Source: Octopus vulgaris
Lineage: Eukaryota
Direction: 5' to 3'
Assembly: GCA_951406725.2 (NCBI GenBank)
Contig: OX597833.1
Span: 36,828,001-36,892,000, forward strand
Length of the DNA stretch: 64,000 bases
The translations under genes were made by a program, and so were the position numbers. The notes beneath the pieces are model-generated. The model searched no databases. It had not been told where the DNA came from and was given only the letters and a program-made list of their open reading frames with translations. Each line of letters opens with the position of its first letter. The stretch's first letter is position 1. Positions 44,216 through 60,782 of this stretch are shown here, piece by piece.

Positions 44216-44904
44216 TTCTCTCTCTCTTTACCTCTCTCTCTCATTTAAAAATAGCCATTTTTCTGAAAGCTAAGAAAAAACGAATCCGACTCATGTGAAT
44301 TTTCTGAAACTCCCACGAAAACACAAACATACATACATACATACATACATACATACATACATACATACATACATACATACATACATACATACATAGAAAT
44401 TCAGTATCTCTTTAGTATTTAAATAATGTATTTATCTTTGACTTAGTTTTCCCGTGAATACTTCTTGAGATATAGTTTTATTTTATTTTTGTATTTTCTC
44501 CTTTTTTTTAAAAGATGAAAGAATATAAATTCTTCTGAAACTAGTACACTATAACAGTACCCGCTCAATTGTAGAGGCACATTGTGTTCGTATTCCAGAG
44601 TGACCAGGGTGGTTGGCAGGATAAACGAATGGGCAAGTAGACCTGTTATCCTGAAATCCCTTAGAAGTGACAGACAACGGGAGAACTAGGGTCAGACACG
44701 TTATGCAATGGTTAAGGGTTATGGTGAAAAGTGAAGAGATAGGCGAGACATACATTAATAAAATCAGCTAACCCTAAATGACCCCTCGATTATTCGGATG
44801 TTTATACTAATGTTAAAAGGACTTGGATAATTCTATATATATATATATATATAATATACAGTGTGTATAATTATATATATATATATATATAATTATACAC
44901 ACTG

Positions 44905-44952
<48 letters not shown>

Positions 44953-44977
44953 GATATATATATATATATGCAGATAC

Positions 44978-46406
<1,429 letters not shown>

Positions 46407-46480
46407 ACATAATATATAATATATACACATATATATATGCGCATGTATGTGTGTCAGTGTATATGTGTATAATATATATA

Positions 46481-46998
46481 CTAGACTATCTGTGACCCGT
46501 TGGGTCACCAATATTTCAAGGTACCCGACAAAACCGCATATCTCACAAATCCGTGGTCCGATTTACGCGAAACTTCTGTTATTCCGTGTGTATTCACTTT
46601 TCAGTGGTCCCTTACTTTCAAAGCATTTTCCCCATTATACGCCAATTTGGCTATTTATAACAGTACCCGAAAAAATGCGTATCTCGGTAAACCGTGGTCC
46701 GATTTACGCAAAACTTGTTTTATTCCGCCTGTATTCACATGAGTATCTGATTCATGACGTCTCCTGTTTTTGTCTCTTTCCCTCTGTTTTGTCAGACGCT
46801 CAGCCTTCGCTTTATCGGTCTCATTGATCCTTTTCTTCGCATGTCTGTCCTGATCTTGGGTAAATATTTCGTAAAAGACCCGTTCGTACTTCAGTGTGAA
46901 ATAATATTTTCCACAGGATTTTCGAATGCATTCAACGTATCTCACCTCCAAACCCACTGCAAGCCACTTTCTTCCGAAAAAGAAAGGAAGAGATGCTG

Positions 46999-47036
<38 letters not shown>

Positions 47037-47830
47037 CTAGTCTAGACTACCCGTGATCCGTTGGGTCACCGGGGAAGCCTGGGTTTCCCAGCGACGGAGT
47101 TTTTCTTTCCTTTCCAGGCTATTTTGCATGCTTTCAACGAATGTGACATCAAAATCACGCGTAAGCGGCTCCTTTCCCCAGAAAAGGAAAGTTTTGGCCC
47201 GCTATTTTTTGCACACCCTGCTACCACGTAACAGGTATTTCGAATCCTTTATCGCCAATATCAGTTACGTGGCAGCTGGGCGTGCTAGAAATAGCAGTGA
47301 GATACGTTGAATGCATTCGAAAAGAACCTATGGAAAAAAAAATTTTCACACTGAGGTTACAAACGGGTCTTTTATGAAATATGCCAAAAACAATTTTTAT
47401 AATGGTATTCACTTGAAAATAATTTTAAAAACATTCAAATTTTGTCTGTTTAAAGAAAGTTAAAATATAAATACTTATTGTACAAACAACTTGCATTTTT
47501 GAAATCACATTCACTTAAAAATATTTCTAAATGATTAAAATATTATGTTTAACAAACGCAAAATAGAAACATTTACTGTAAAATAAACAAATCGTATTGT
47601 TTCGTTGTCAAGTTAGTCTAATCGAGAGGTAAGACTTATTTCCCTTTCAGGATTAAGTTAATTTCGGAGACTTTTTCCATTATGCACCATTTTGGGTATT
47701 TATACCCCGAAAATCCTTAATATCTTCACAACCACTTATCTGATTTACGCGAAATTTGTTTCATTCTATTCGTATTTACATTTTAGGGTAAACCTAATTC
47801 ATAGTATTTTCCCATTATGCGCCAGTTTGG
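46481..47830 (-). mobile_element. Two adjacent Helitron-like elements (minus strand)
   Basis: Both begin on the plus strand with ACTAG and the hairpin GTGACCC-GTT-GGGTCAC (~46494, ~47053), i.e. minus-strand hairpin+CTAG ends. Repeated CCGATTTACGC(G/A)AAACT motif. Confidence 0.6.
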
Positions 47831-47943
47831 GTGAGTAACATTGCAAGCAAGAAAGATACAATCTTACTTTTACTGTATTATAGATATATATATTCTTTTA
47901 TCCTTTTCTTTTTTCTTTTACTTGCTTCGTCATTTGACGTACA

Positions 47944-47988
<45 letters not shown>

Positions 47989-48547
47989 GACGAGGTTCTT
48001 TCAGTTTCTGTCTACCAAATCCACTCAAAAGGCTATATTAGAAGACACTTGCCCGAGTGTATACATATACATACATATGTATATATATATATGTATATAT
48101 ATATATATACATACATACATACGTATATATACACATATTAATATTTAGTTAGTAGAAGTAACAGAGTGGCTCAAGGTCCGAAAGTTTCGTGCGTTGGCAT
48201 ACATATATGGAAGATCTTATGAGTACCTTTATTCAAAGTGCCACTTGTTCCTTCGAGGGTAGTATGAATAGCTGAGTGTATTTTATACTGTTCTACCTAT
48301 AAAGCATTCTGAAAGTATAATCAGCATCACAGCGTGTATGTTTAAACTAACCCTTTTAAATCCAGGTAAATCTGTCACAAACTTACTCGTAGTATCCGCC
48401 AACCTAGTGGCAGCTAATGTAAAAACAATCCTTCAAAATACTGCGCATGGTGGGAAGGGACCCATAATCCTAAGGTTGTGAAACGAACTCCTTAACCACA
48501 CAGCCACAGTACCTTTCCACTGACATTTAAGTATGCATGTGTGTGTG

Positions 48548-48618
<71 letters not shown>

Positions 48619-49206
48619 AGAAGTATACATCAGCTTAACCGAAACACTCGGTTGTAGAACGTTTTCGTGTGTTGTTTTTTTTGGTACTTATGTTGTTGCG
48701 AGTAGAGAGACACCCTTTGCTATCTTCTTACCATTGATTCAATGGAACAGCTAGAAAGACAGGGGGCAGAGAGGAAAACTGTGTGAATGAGTGAGTGAGT
48801 GAGTGATTGAGTGAGTGAGTGAGTGAGTGAGTGAGTGAATGAGTGAGTGAGTGAGTGAGTGAGTGAGTGAGTAAGTGAGTGAGTGGGTGAGTAAGTAAGT
48901 AAGTGAGTGAGTGAGTGAGTGGGTGAGTGAGTGAGTGAGTGAGTGAGTGGGTGAGTGAGTGGGTGAGTGAGTGAGTGGGTGAGTGAGTGGGTGAGCGAGT
49001 GAGAGAACAGCACCAGCAGTCAGCTTGTACTCGTTTTCATCTGAGTAAACAAGATCAACATTGAAATGAAGTACTTTGCTAAAGGGCACAACACGCTGCC
49101 CCGGTCCAGGAATCGAACCAATAAGCTTGCGATCATGTGTACAGCACCCCAGCTACTAGATCAAATTTACGCACATACATATCTGCACATATATGCACAG
49201 ACACTC

Positions 49207-49783
<577 letters not shown>

Positions 49784-50694
49784 ATGATTTGTGTATCTAC
49801 CTAGAAACCTCTACTTTCAAATCGAATTATTTAACTTTAGCATTCTCGCTTCCTGTATTTTGTGTCTCTTTTCGTAACATCATATTTTATTTTTTCCTCA
49901 TAGTATTAACCACCTTCTCTACTTTCCTTCTCTTTTACAATTAAATCGCCTTTTTTTACTCCACCTTCCTACAATTAATAACTTTATCCCTTTCTTTCAC
50001 TTTTGGGTCTCTCTCCATCCACTTTTACCTGCCATTTCGCTCTTTCTTTCTTCTCTCCCAGTTTCTCCTTCCTTTCCACTTCTTTTCACCTATTTTTTTT
50101 CTTTCTCCCCCTACCTCCCCCTCCCACTTTCATGACTCTTCTATCATTATTCTCTATATTTCTCATTATCTCTTACCTAGCTTCACTTCTCTCTCTCTCT
50201 CCCTCCTCCTCTTCCAGCCACCCTTTTGTCTCACTAAGACACTTCTTTCTTTCGTCTTTTCCTTCTAAGTTTTCCCTTCTCCGGTCTACTAACACTCACT
50301 CCCCTCCTTTTCCCTGCATTTCTCTGTTTTTCTTCACCTTCTCTCTCCCTCCTTCTTTTACACTTTCTTTCTCTTCAACACGTTTCTCCTTCTCTCCTTC
50401 TTTTCCAAATGCGCTCACATTTTATTTATATCTCCCTTTATTTTCTCACTTTCACTCAATTTTCATCTATTTTTCTTTCTAGCCCCTCCTTTCCACTTCC
50501 CCCTCTCTTCGTCATTTCATTTCATTCCCCAAATCATTTCCCTTCCCAACCCTACTACTCTTCCTTCCTTCTCTCTCCAGTTCTCAATCCAATCTACATC
50601 CTCTATGCATAGGCATGTGCATTTATGTGTATTATTTATATAGTGTGTACATATTATGCATGCAAATACACATACATGCACAATGTGTATGTGT

Positions 50695-51130
50695 ATGCCG
50701 TGTGGTTAAGAAGCTTGCATTGCAACCACATGATTTCAGGATCAGTTCCACGACACCTTGGACAAGTGTCTTCTATCTTAACCCCGGACTTCCCAATGTC
50801 CTAAGTGAATTTGGTAGATAGAAACTATGTGGAAACTCGTCGTGTGTGTGCCTGTGTGAGCGTGCGCGCATATGGGTGAGGATGTGTATAGGTGGGTGTG
50901 GCCGTGTTATGTGTGTGTGTGTGTGTGTGTGTGTGTCTTTCTGGTTGTACTTGACCACATCACTACTACTACAGCATGTCAAACCGTGTTGGTTTCTTTA
51001 CGTCCTTTAGAGGTTCGGATAAAGGCACTGACTTTTAAAAATAAGTATTGGTGTCGATTATTTCGACTAAACCGTTCAAGGCGGTGCCTCAGCATGGCCG
51101 CAGTCCAACGACTGAAATAAGTAAAAGATA
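50695..51130 (+). mobile_element. SINE family B (diverged)
   Basis: Head GCCGTGTGGTTAAGAAGCTTGC, ACCTTGGACAAGTGTCTT, tail CAGCATGGCCGCAGTCCAACGACTGAAATAAGTAAAAG. Further diverged copies at ~39150-39440, 40815-41170(-), 43913-44075, 54170-54560, 56500-56835(-). Confidence 0.8.
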
Positions 51131-51511
51131 AAAGATATAACGAGTATAAGCTTTATATATATATATATACATTCATACACACATACATACATGCATGTGT
51201 ATGAGTGTATGGTGAGAGGGTAGATTTTTAAAACAATAAGCAAAAGAAAAATGTTAAATACGTCTAATTAAAAAAATGGTTACAAAAACCACCCAAACAA
51301 ACCACGTGACATATTTCGCAAGGATCATGCCGTCAACCTAGTTTTTCGTCCCAGAGAACAATCATTTCTTTGTTCTTAAAAGTACGCCTGACTCCGTTAT
51401 GGCGCTATTTGGAACTATGTAGCTCTGCTTGGTTGTAGATTTAGAAAGCTAGCCTACTGTCTGCAGGTTGCCTATCATAGGTCAGGCAGTATGTATAGTA
51501 TGTATTGTATA

Positions 51512-51542
<31 letters not shown>

Positions 51543-52173
51543 TGTATGTATGTATGTATGTATGTGTGTATGTATGTATGTGTGTGTGTGTGTGTGATGC
51601 GTATATATGTGTGTCTGTATATATGTGTATATATAAATATATATGTATATAAATATATATCTATATGTATCTGTCTATATATATATATATATATATATAT
51701 GCATGTAGGTGAGTATATGTCATGCCATGCAGAATAGACGTGTACATTTGTACAGCAACGACAGTATGCTTGCTTATGTGTAAGATGGGGGTTGTGTGTG
51801 TGCGCGTTTGTGCGAGCATGTGTGCGTGCGTGTAAACAACGCTATACTAGGCGAATAAGCCCCATTTGTCTACAAATTAACAGAGATAGAAGAAATAGCA
51901 GAAGTTTTACATGTCTGTGTTGAAAGAAGAGTAATAACAGTGTTGAAGTAGATATAAAGAGAAGGAGGGGGTGGTGGGTAAAGAGAAAAAGAAAAAGTTC
52001 TAGATGTAAACGAGCGCACACACACAACCAAACATGTACACACACACACACACACACACACACATTTATACATAAATGGAATAGAGATAAATAGGATGAA
52101 ATGAAAGCAAGAAATGGGTGTCGAGGAATTCAAATAGCAAATTAGATAAAATACACACGTACGCACACTGTTT

Positions 52174-52555
<382 letters not shown>

Positions 52556-53341
52556 ATACATACATGCATACATAAATATACAAACACACACATACGCACA
52601 AACACATATATACACATACACGCATATACATAAAAGCATACATGTATACATGCGTACATACACTCATACACTATGCACACAACATACAGATGCTCGCACA
52701 CAAATTCACTAGCATACGCGCATTACACAAAATTAATCATTTTTCATTTTACGAAATTCTTTCTTATATGAGTCCTCTTATTGCCCCGCCTCTGTCTAGC
52801 CATAATGAAAGAGCCAGTGATGTTACATAGGATTGGGAAATATAACATAAATGAATAAGATAAAAGTCACTCAGGGTTGCCTTCAGCACAAAAAGTGCAA
52901 CGTCAGAAGTAGTAAGATAGTTTAATAAGTTAAAATTACTCCTTTAATGAAGAAAAATCATTAGGTTTCTCATTAATTGTGATTAAAAATAAAAACAGAA
53001 GAGTAAACTCCCAGAGTTTAAATCAGATAAGACTAATTAAACATTAAATAAGGTTCCGGAGTTAGGAGCACGTGTAACCTTTTGCATAAAAGATAGCATC
53101 TCCGGACATGTTTCAGTTTTATTAAACCTTCTCCGTTGATTATAGTCTTACCAGTACTTGCTTGACTTAGATAATTGATAAAATAAAGATTTTGATTGGG
53201 TGAGACAAATTGCTGGGATAATATTACCTTGAGACGGCTTCGACCCATGAAAGAGGTGGTTAGGCGGATCCTAACACAATATAATAAACCAAACGATTAT
53301 ATATGTATATATTTTTTCTCTCCTTGTTTTTTTCTGTGTCC

Positions 53342-53377
53342 CTTTCCGTAGAAGAGCGTAGGCTCGAAACGTAAAAG
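53342..53377 (+). ncRNA. Degenerate minimal hammerhead motif within a short microsatellite-flanked insert (53297-53470)
   Basis: CTTT-CCGTAGA-A-GAGC-gtag-GCTC-GAA-ACGT-A-AAAG. Stems I and II are perfect, ACGT is palindromic, but the core has two substitutions. Partial second copy at ~34705-34782(-). Confidence 0.5.
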
Positions 53378-53466
53378 ACTTTCTCTATTCCTGAGCGTTA
53401 TACTAATACATCTGTTTGTTTTGTACACCTGTCTTCGTCTTTTGGGTTTTTTTCGTAAACTCTCCC

Positions 53467-53557
<91 letters not shown>

Positions 53558-54306
53558 GTGTGTGTGTATGTATGTATGTATGTATATGTATATGTATATA
53601 TACATACATACGCACACACATACACACACCACACACACATATACACACGTGCCTTTAGAATTGCCGATAAACAAAAAAAAAGAAAATAAGCAGATAGTAA
53701 CAAAAGAAGATACACTTTGAAGTATACATACATACAAACATACATGTGTGTGCGCGCGTGTGTGGATACTAGCAGTACATATGGAACTCTACGGTTATTT
53801 ATAAACCGTAAAATGGTTGGCAGTTTATAAGGAACCATGAAATATGTAATTTCTCTTGAAATTGTATTTTGCTTAAAGCACTTGATTCTTTAGATTGCTT
53901 CAAATTCCACACATGTAGTATTAAATGCGCAAACTTAAGAAACAATTCTGGATGCAGTTGCTTTGTTATATTGTCAGCTCCTGTATGGAAGAAGTCGAAG
54001 ACATTATCTACTATATTGGTCTACAAGTGAACAACACATAGATAGCGTTTTAATGCTGTTTTGTGTTCTTGTTTTCACATCAGAGTAAAGTTCAAATATC
54101 TGGATTTGAACCCAAAGCAGTTGTCCACTGAATTGTAGATGCTCAAAAAATGTATCTGTAACATACACACAAGCATGGTTGTATGGTTAACATGTTCACA
54201 GCGTAAACATTTGGATTTGGGCTCAGACTTAAATCGTAACACTTAGGGCGAGAGTCTTCTATTATAGTCTCGAGTTAAATAGAGCCTTCAGTGACACTTC
54301 GTAGAC

Positions 54307-54524
54307 CAGTGGTTTTCAACGAGGGTTCCTCGGAACCTTAAGATTCCGCCAGTACAGTCCAGGGGTTCCGCAAGAAGTTACAAAACTGCTAAAATCGGTA
54401 GTAATTTTTAATTCTCCTGTGCAGATATGTGTGCATAAGACTATTAAATTATTGCACAGGGGTTCTTCGAGCCAGTGGAATGCTTCCTTGGGGTTCTGCT
54501 CCAGCAAAAGTTTGAAAAGCACTG
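54307..54524. mobile_element. hAT (Charlie-like) MITE, copy 2, nested in a family-B SINE
   Basis: TIRs as in copy 1. Perfect 8-bp TSD TCGTAGAC. Confidence 0.92.
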
Positions 54525-55049
54525 TCGTAGACCAAAACAGCATAGAAGCCCGTCGTGCGTGCGCGCGTGTATGCCTGTATATGTGTGCGTGTGTTTATGT
54601 GTATATATGTGCGTGTATGCTTATATCTGTGTGTGTGTGCATGGTGCATAAGAGTGTATGTATGTTTATGCCGTTTAAAAACTAGAGATGTTTTTGATCT
54701 AATGTACATAAATTCATATTGATAAAATAAGCACCAAACTTTAGAATAATTACTGGAATCAATATATCCCACTAAAACCTTGAAGATGGTGCCCCATCAT
54801 TGCCGCAATGTAATAATAAACGATAAAAAAACTAAAATAAAATGCTTGACACGATTGCATCTCCCATTACTCCATAAGTTACACACACACACACACGCAC
54901 ACACACACACACACACAAACATACACACACATTCAATGCATCTCAGCTTCAATACGCAGATACCATCACTAGTCTGTGCCGTGCACACCTGGTATTCTGG
55001 AAGTCAGTCAGCATATGGTCGTTTCGTTACTACGGTGAATATCAAGAAA

Positions 55050-55800
55050 AGCCTAAGATGCTCCCAAGACCAGCATCCCTGATTTCAATAGCATCATTTC
55101 TGAAACATATCTTGAATAAGTTGATCTTTTTCCCTATCTTGGAAATCAGCATTTCTACAAATGTACTTTCGAGAAGAATGTAGAACACAGAATTAGATCA
55201 GCCCACTCGGTAATTGGAAAACTGGCAAGATCCCCCACGTGATAATAGTTGTTTGTCAAGCTGTCGTTATTTCAACATTATTATACGGTTGTGAAGCAGG
55301 GTCACTTTAATGTTGAGACATCAAAAAACTGAAATATTCCCATCAATAAAAGTTCCTTGCCTTCTAAAGCATCAAATGAGATGACTACATAACCGACAAT
55401 TTCTTCTAGAAAAGGCCAACAGTCGAAGCAGCGAATCAATCATGATCAAACTCCAGCTACGATGATTAAGACATGGTATTTGAATAAGAGATATCTTCAT
55501 CAAATTCTCTGAATGCAATGATTCTAGGATACCCATTCCGCCGTGACAAAGACCACCTAAAGCCAACCATCAAAATGGACGGAATTTAAACGAAAACGCA
55601 GAAAACTGAAGCGCAGAACCGCTTCAATTGGCATCATTTTGTTACCATTTGAACAGACATTTTTAAGTCAAAAGAAACGTTCAAGAAAATGTAAAGAGCG
55701 CAAGAGGTAACAACAGACATGCCTTCTACTTCTTCCTCGCCATCTTTATTCCCACCTGCTTCACCAAGTATTGGCTTTCTCCGTCATTAACCTCACCAAC
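55050..55800 (+). mobile_element. Decayed RTE (BovB-like) LINE 3' fragment
   Basis: 'VDLFPYLGN', 'VVISTLLYGCEA', 'RRDKDHLKAN'. Confidence 0.65.
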
Positions 55801-55884
55801 AAGGATGAGCAACTAAGTCATGAGCAAATGGAAACTTTCGAACACGAGAAACAACCACCTTGACAATGCATGTGTGTATGTATG

Positions 55885-55939
<55 letters not shown>

Positions 55940-56141
55940 TACAACACAGTATTTCTTAATAAATTTAGACCTAATGTAATGGAAGGCATGAATTCAGTAT
56001 GCATAGAGCTTTTAGTCTCACTGTGAATTGTATTAAAACCGAAGGTTTATTTCTCAGTAGGTATAAAAATGAAATCAAGCTGACTAGTCTCTACTTTTCT
56101 TAGACTTCGGCAGAGAAAACATAATCGCCTTCTGCTCATGA

Positions 56142-56192
<51 letters not shown>

Positions 56193-56924
56193 CGTGCGTG
56201 CGCGCAAATGTGTCTATGTATATATGTTTGTATGTATAGATTGTTTGAGGTAGTGTAAAGATTGTATATGCTAAGAAAAATGAGGTAGTCAGGATTTGGA
56301 TAAAAAGTATTTATCTAAATAGATCTTACCCAAAGCCTGATTACAACCTTAAACCATTCACATCGATTCAAGTTTTTCTGCCTTCAGAGTGATAAAACCA
56401 GTTTGTTTATTTTCAAAAGGAAGCTTGAGTTGAATGTTTATTATACATTACATACTACAATTAAAATTATCCTCTGTGTGGTAATGATGTCTACCTTTTT
56501 TTATATGTTTCAATCATTGGAGTGCGACTACGCTGGAGCACAGGCTTCAAGGGTTTAGTCGAAGTAATTGATCCTAGTATATATATTTTTTAGTTTGGTA
56601 CATTTTCTATTGGTCTCTTTTCCTGAAGTGCTACGGGGGCGTAAACAAACTAACACCGGCTGTCGAGCAGTTGGTGGAGACAAAAATATAAAGACGACAC
56701 ACTAACATCAAATCCACTCACAGGGCATTAAGTCCGCCTGGGGCTATAGTAGAAGTTTCTTTTCCAAGGTGCGCACAGTGCGCTAAACCCAAAACCAGTG
56801 GTTGATAAGCAAGATTCTTAACCACACAGCCAAGCCTACAGCAATATATCTGTATATATGCAAGTATGTATGTATGTATGTATGTATGTATGTATGTATG
56901 TATGTATGTATGTATGTATGTATG

Positions 56925-56990
<66 letters not shown>

Positions 56991-56994
56991 TATA

Positions 56995-57370
56995 CAGGGC
57001 GCGATGGGTAAATTGTTGCCCTTTTATACTTTTTATTTCGAGCGTGCGCATTCTTTGTTTTAGATTTTGTCGATTACACAGTATAGTAGGGTCAGTTGGG
57101 CACCGTCTGTGAGAAAAACCGTACCATGACGCAATTCACTCTGCTAGAAATTTGGAAATGACATGCTGTACTGCTTGGCATTCGCACCGTGGGCGCCACT
57201 ACGAACGTTTCAGTGTTTGGATGCTAATTTGCAGGAGATTCCGAAGTCATCTGGAGGCCGTGGTTGAAGACAATGGCGATTTTATGGAGTAAATTTACTC
57301 TTTAGCATTTCAAGAAATTTTTATCTATTAGCATGAGATGTCAGTGTTAGTTTTATTTCTGCGTAAAAAC
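56995..57370 (+). mobile_element. Internally deleted derivative of the 45075-46284 transposon
   Basis: TA + TIR CAGGGCGCGATGGGTAAATTGT, matching 5'UTR, ORF start 'HAVLLGIR' joined to the C-terminus 'LEAVVEDNGDF', and 3'UTR. Confidence 0.75.
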
Positions 57371-57465
57371 CCACACGTTCTGTTTTTAACTGGGCTTTTG
57401 GCTTTTATTATAACATCATCTCTTAGCAGACCGAATGCTATTCTTCTTGTTCAGTCCCTATCACA

Positions 57466-57514
<49 letters not shown>

Positions 57515-59490
57515 CATTTAGTACCGGCAATTGCTAGAAATAAGAGTCAAAAGGACTTGAAAAGCCTCACCATAGAAAGGTAGTTTGGCTCGCTCCCTCG
57601 CTTTTCGTCAATTCATGAGGTTAGTGCTTTGTGTGGCTTTTTAATTGCTAACGAGCCACATATATTTTAATATATTCAATATATCATAGTATTCATTGTG
57701 TATATATATTATATATATATGTACTTGATGGAGAGAGCAGGACTTATGGTAATGTCTGTGAGTGACTGTTCACTGGTCGCATACTCAAGACTTTTGCACA
57801 TTCCATCTGTAATTTTTGAACATTACGATTATTACATAAATCTGAAGTCCCTGAAACAGCTGACGGGTGAAGAAATTATATATTCTCTTCATAGAATTCT
57901 TTATTTTTTATGCTCTATGTAAATATATTCGTATATATGTACATTTATATATGTAGATATATGTGTCTGCGCACACAGTGGAAGTACAGCTGTTCGTTTT
58001 TTTGAAACGTGTATCAGTATTGAATCTGTGCTCGAAATTCAATTCAGTAGTGACCCAGGCCGTCTACTTACCGACTTAGGAGTATGTATAGACCGTAGTG
58101 TGAGAACAATTTGAATACAGCACTGGGAAAATTGATAATTATTATGCCCATTAGCAGTGCTCAAGTTCAATACTTACTTTCGGGTAGATTTGGGGGATTT
58201 TCTTTATTTCCTTCTCTAAAGTCGACAAATCTCAAATACATTTCATGAAGATAGTTCAAGTTGTACATCTTTTCCGACCACATTCTGAGTTAAAGGGTTT
58301 TAGCAGTTCGAGGCATTTTGATCAGGCATAAAAATATATTATGAAATCGTGCTTAACTATCATATATATGTGTCGGTGCGGTTATTGGCCGTGGTGCTAG
58401 GTGATTAAACCCTGTTAGTTTGAAAGAAAAAAAATGTAGAAAATGAAAATAATGACTAATTCTTTGAAAACACGTAATGTAAGTTAATAACATTCGGCCG
58501 AGATGTCTACTATAGATAATACTATAATGATATCTACCGATAAATATCATATCATAGTTATAAGGATATCTAAATGATATCTACAAAACATAAAATGAAA
58601 TGAAATATAAAAACCAATTCTACTGTATCTGATAAAACAGAAGGTAATTTAAAAACAAGAAGCAAAAGAACAACAAAATTAGATGAAAACGAAATAATCT
58701 TAAACCAATGAAGATATGTTTGTCGCCGTAACTTGATGATGATGATGGTGGTGGTCGTCGTCGTCGTCGTCGTCGTCGTCATCGTCGTCATCGTCGTCGT
58801 CGTCGTCGTCATCATCATCAATATTGACGTCACCGTTATTATAGCTGTCGTCGTTGTCCTTTCTGTTATTGACATATAACAAAGTGAAATATATATATAT
58901 ATATATATATATAGTTGTAGTTGTGAAACATTACTTATTGTTTAAGGGCAACAAGTAACAACTACCTCGTTACTCCTATTTATAGAAATGATAGGGAGTA
59001 AGAGGTGATGGTGCTGATTCCGATGACACTGTGGTACGATTGTTATGGTATCGCAATGTTGCTCTTTGCCGTAATGGGAATCGTGGTACTGATGTAGCTT
59101 TATTGCGGTAAATCTGGTGATATTCTCACGGTGATTGTTGTAGTGCTCTGATGTGGTGTCGAAGTTAGTTGAGGTGGTGGTGCAGTGTCAGTGCGGTGGT
59201 GCTGTGAATACATTGTGGTACCGGTGTGACTGTTGTAACAGACGTTGTAGTTAGTGTCGTCATGACATCATAATGATGCGGCTGTACTAAGGTACTAGTG
59301 GTAGTCGAGGTAGTGACTGAAGTGGTGTTGAGTCAATACTGTAGTAGTGGTATTGTAACTATATTGCGTTATTGTATCTATATTCTTTTTGATAACAAAT
59401 ATGTCGCTATCAATGGATGGCAATAATGAGATTGATGTTGTATAATGTACGAAGATATTAGAACCTATAATGTCAGACTTTCTTTTTTAT

Positions 59491-59878
59491 ATTCTTTTGC
59501 TTGTTTCAGTCATTTGACTGCGGCCATGCTGAAGCACCGCCTTTAGTCGAGCAAATCGACCCCAGGACTTATTCTTTGTAAGCCCAGTACTTATTCTATC
59601 GGTCTCTTTTGCCGAACCGCTAAGTGACGAGGACGTAAACACACCCGCATCGGTTGTCAAGCAATGCTAGGGGAACAAACACATACACATACACACATAT
59701 ATATGCATATATACGACAGGCTTCTTTCAGTTTCCGTCTACCAAATCCACTCACAAGGCTTTGGTCGGCCCGGGGCTATAGCAGAAGACACTTGCCCAAG
59801 ATGCCACGTAGTGGGACTGAACCCGGAACCATGTGGTTGGTTAGCAAGCTACTTACTACACAGCCACTCCTGCGCCTA
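59491..59878 (-). mobile_element. tRNA-derived SINE family B, full length
   Basis: Near-identical to 24281-24678. Confidence 0.92.
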
Positions 59879-60152
59879 TGTGTTTTAGATTTTTATTTTC
59901 TACAACGTAAATTGTAAATTATCAAGAGATTCTAATAGAAATTGTGAAGCTAAATCGTTTTCTCTGTGGTTGATGCTCTTGTTGCTACTAAGATTGTCTT
60001 TGTTGCTGTAACCGGGACCCAACTAAAACTGGGTCTAGTTTAGCCAAGTTTCACAATAGAACTATATGTACAATATGTTTGTATTTGCTTATGAATACAC
60101 AAACGCATACACACATACGCGCATGAACAACCACTCATACATGCACACGTGT

Positions 60153-60198
<46 letters not shown>

Positions 60199-60673
60199 AG
60201 TACGCACACACACGTGTGTGTATGAACGCGCGCGTGTAAGCTAATGGTCGTCTGATTTGAATGAAATGAATCTAACCTAAATTGAACAATGTCACAAGAA
60301 AATATACAGTGTCATATATCTGGAGCGAATAATAGGTATCCGGTGAGAGATGGTGAGAGACAGATATGCATGTATGTATGTATGTATGTATGTATGTATG
60401 TATGTATGTATGTATGTATGTATGTATGTATGCATGTTTATATACTTATACACACATAACCATATATAACAAGTATATTTATTACAGCATTCTTACAGAT
60501 GCATACGCGCTCACACGAATTCTCTAGGGGCTTTTGTGTGTGTGTGTGTGTGTGTGTGTACGTGTTCAATAGATACACATATAAACATACATATATATAT
60601 ACATATATATATATGTATATATACGCACACACACATACATATATATACATTCATATATATATACATATATATA

Positions 60674-60782
<109 letters not shown>

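Noticed and set aside
44855-44910. Small palindrome CAGTGTGTATAATTATA...TATAATTATACACACTG
   Set aside because: Mostly (TA)n, which is self-complementary; likely a local fold-back slippage product or assembly artefact.
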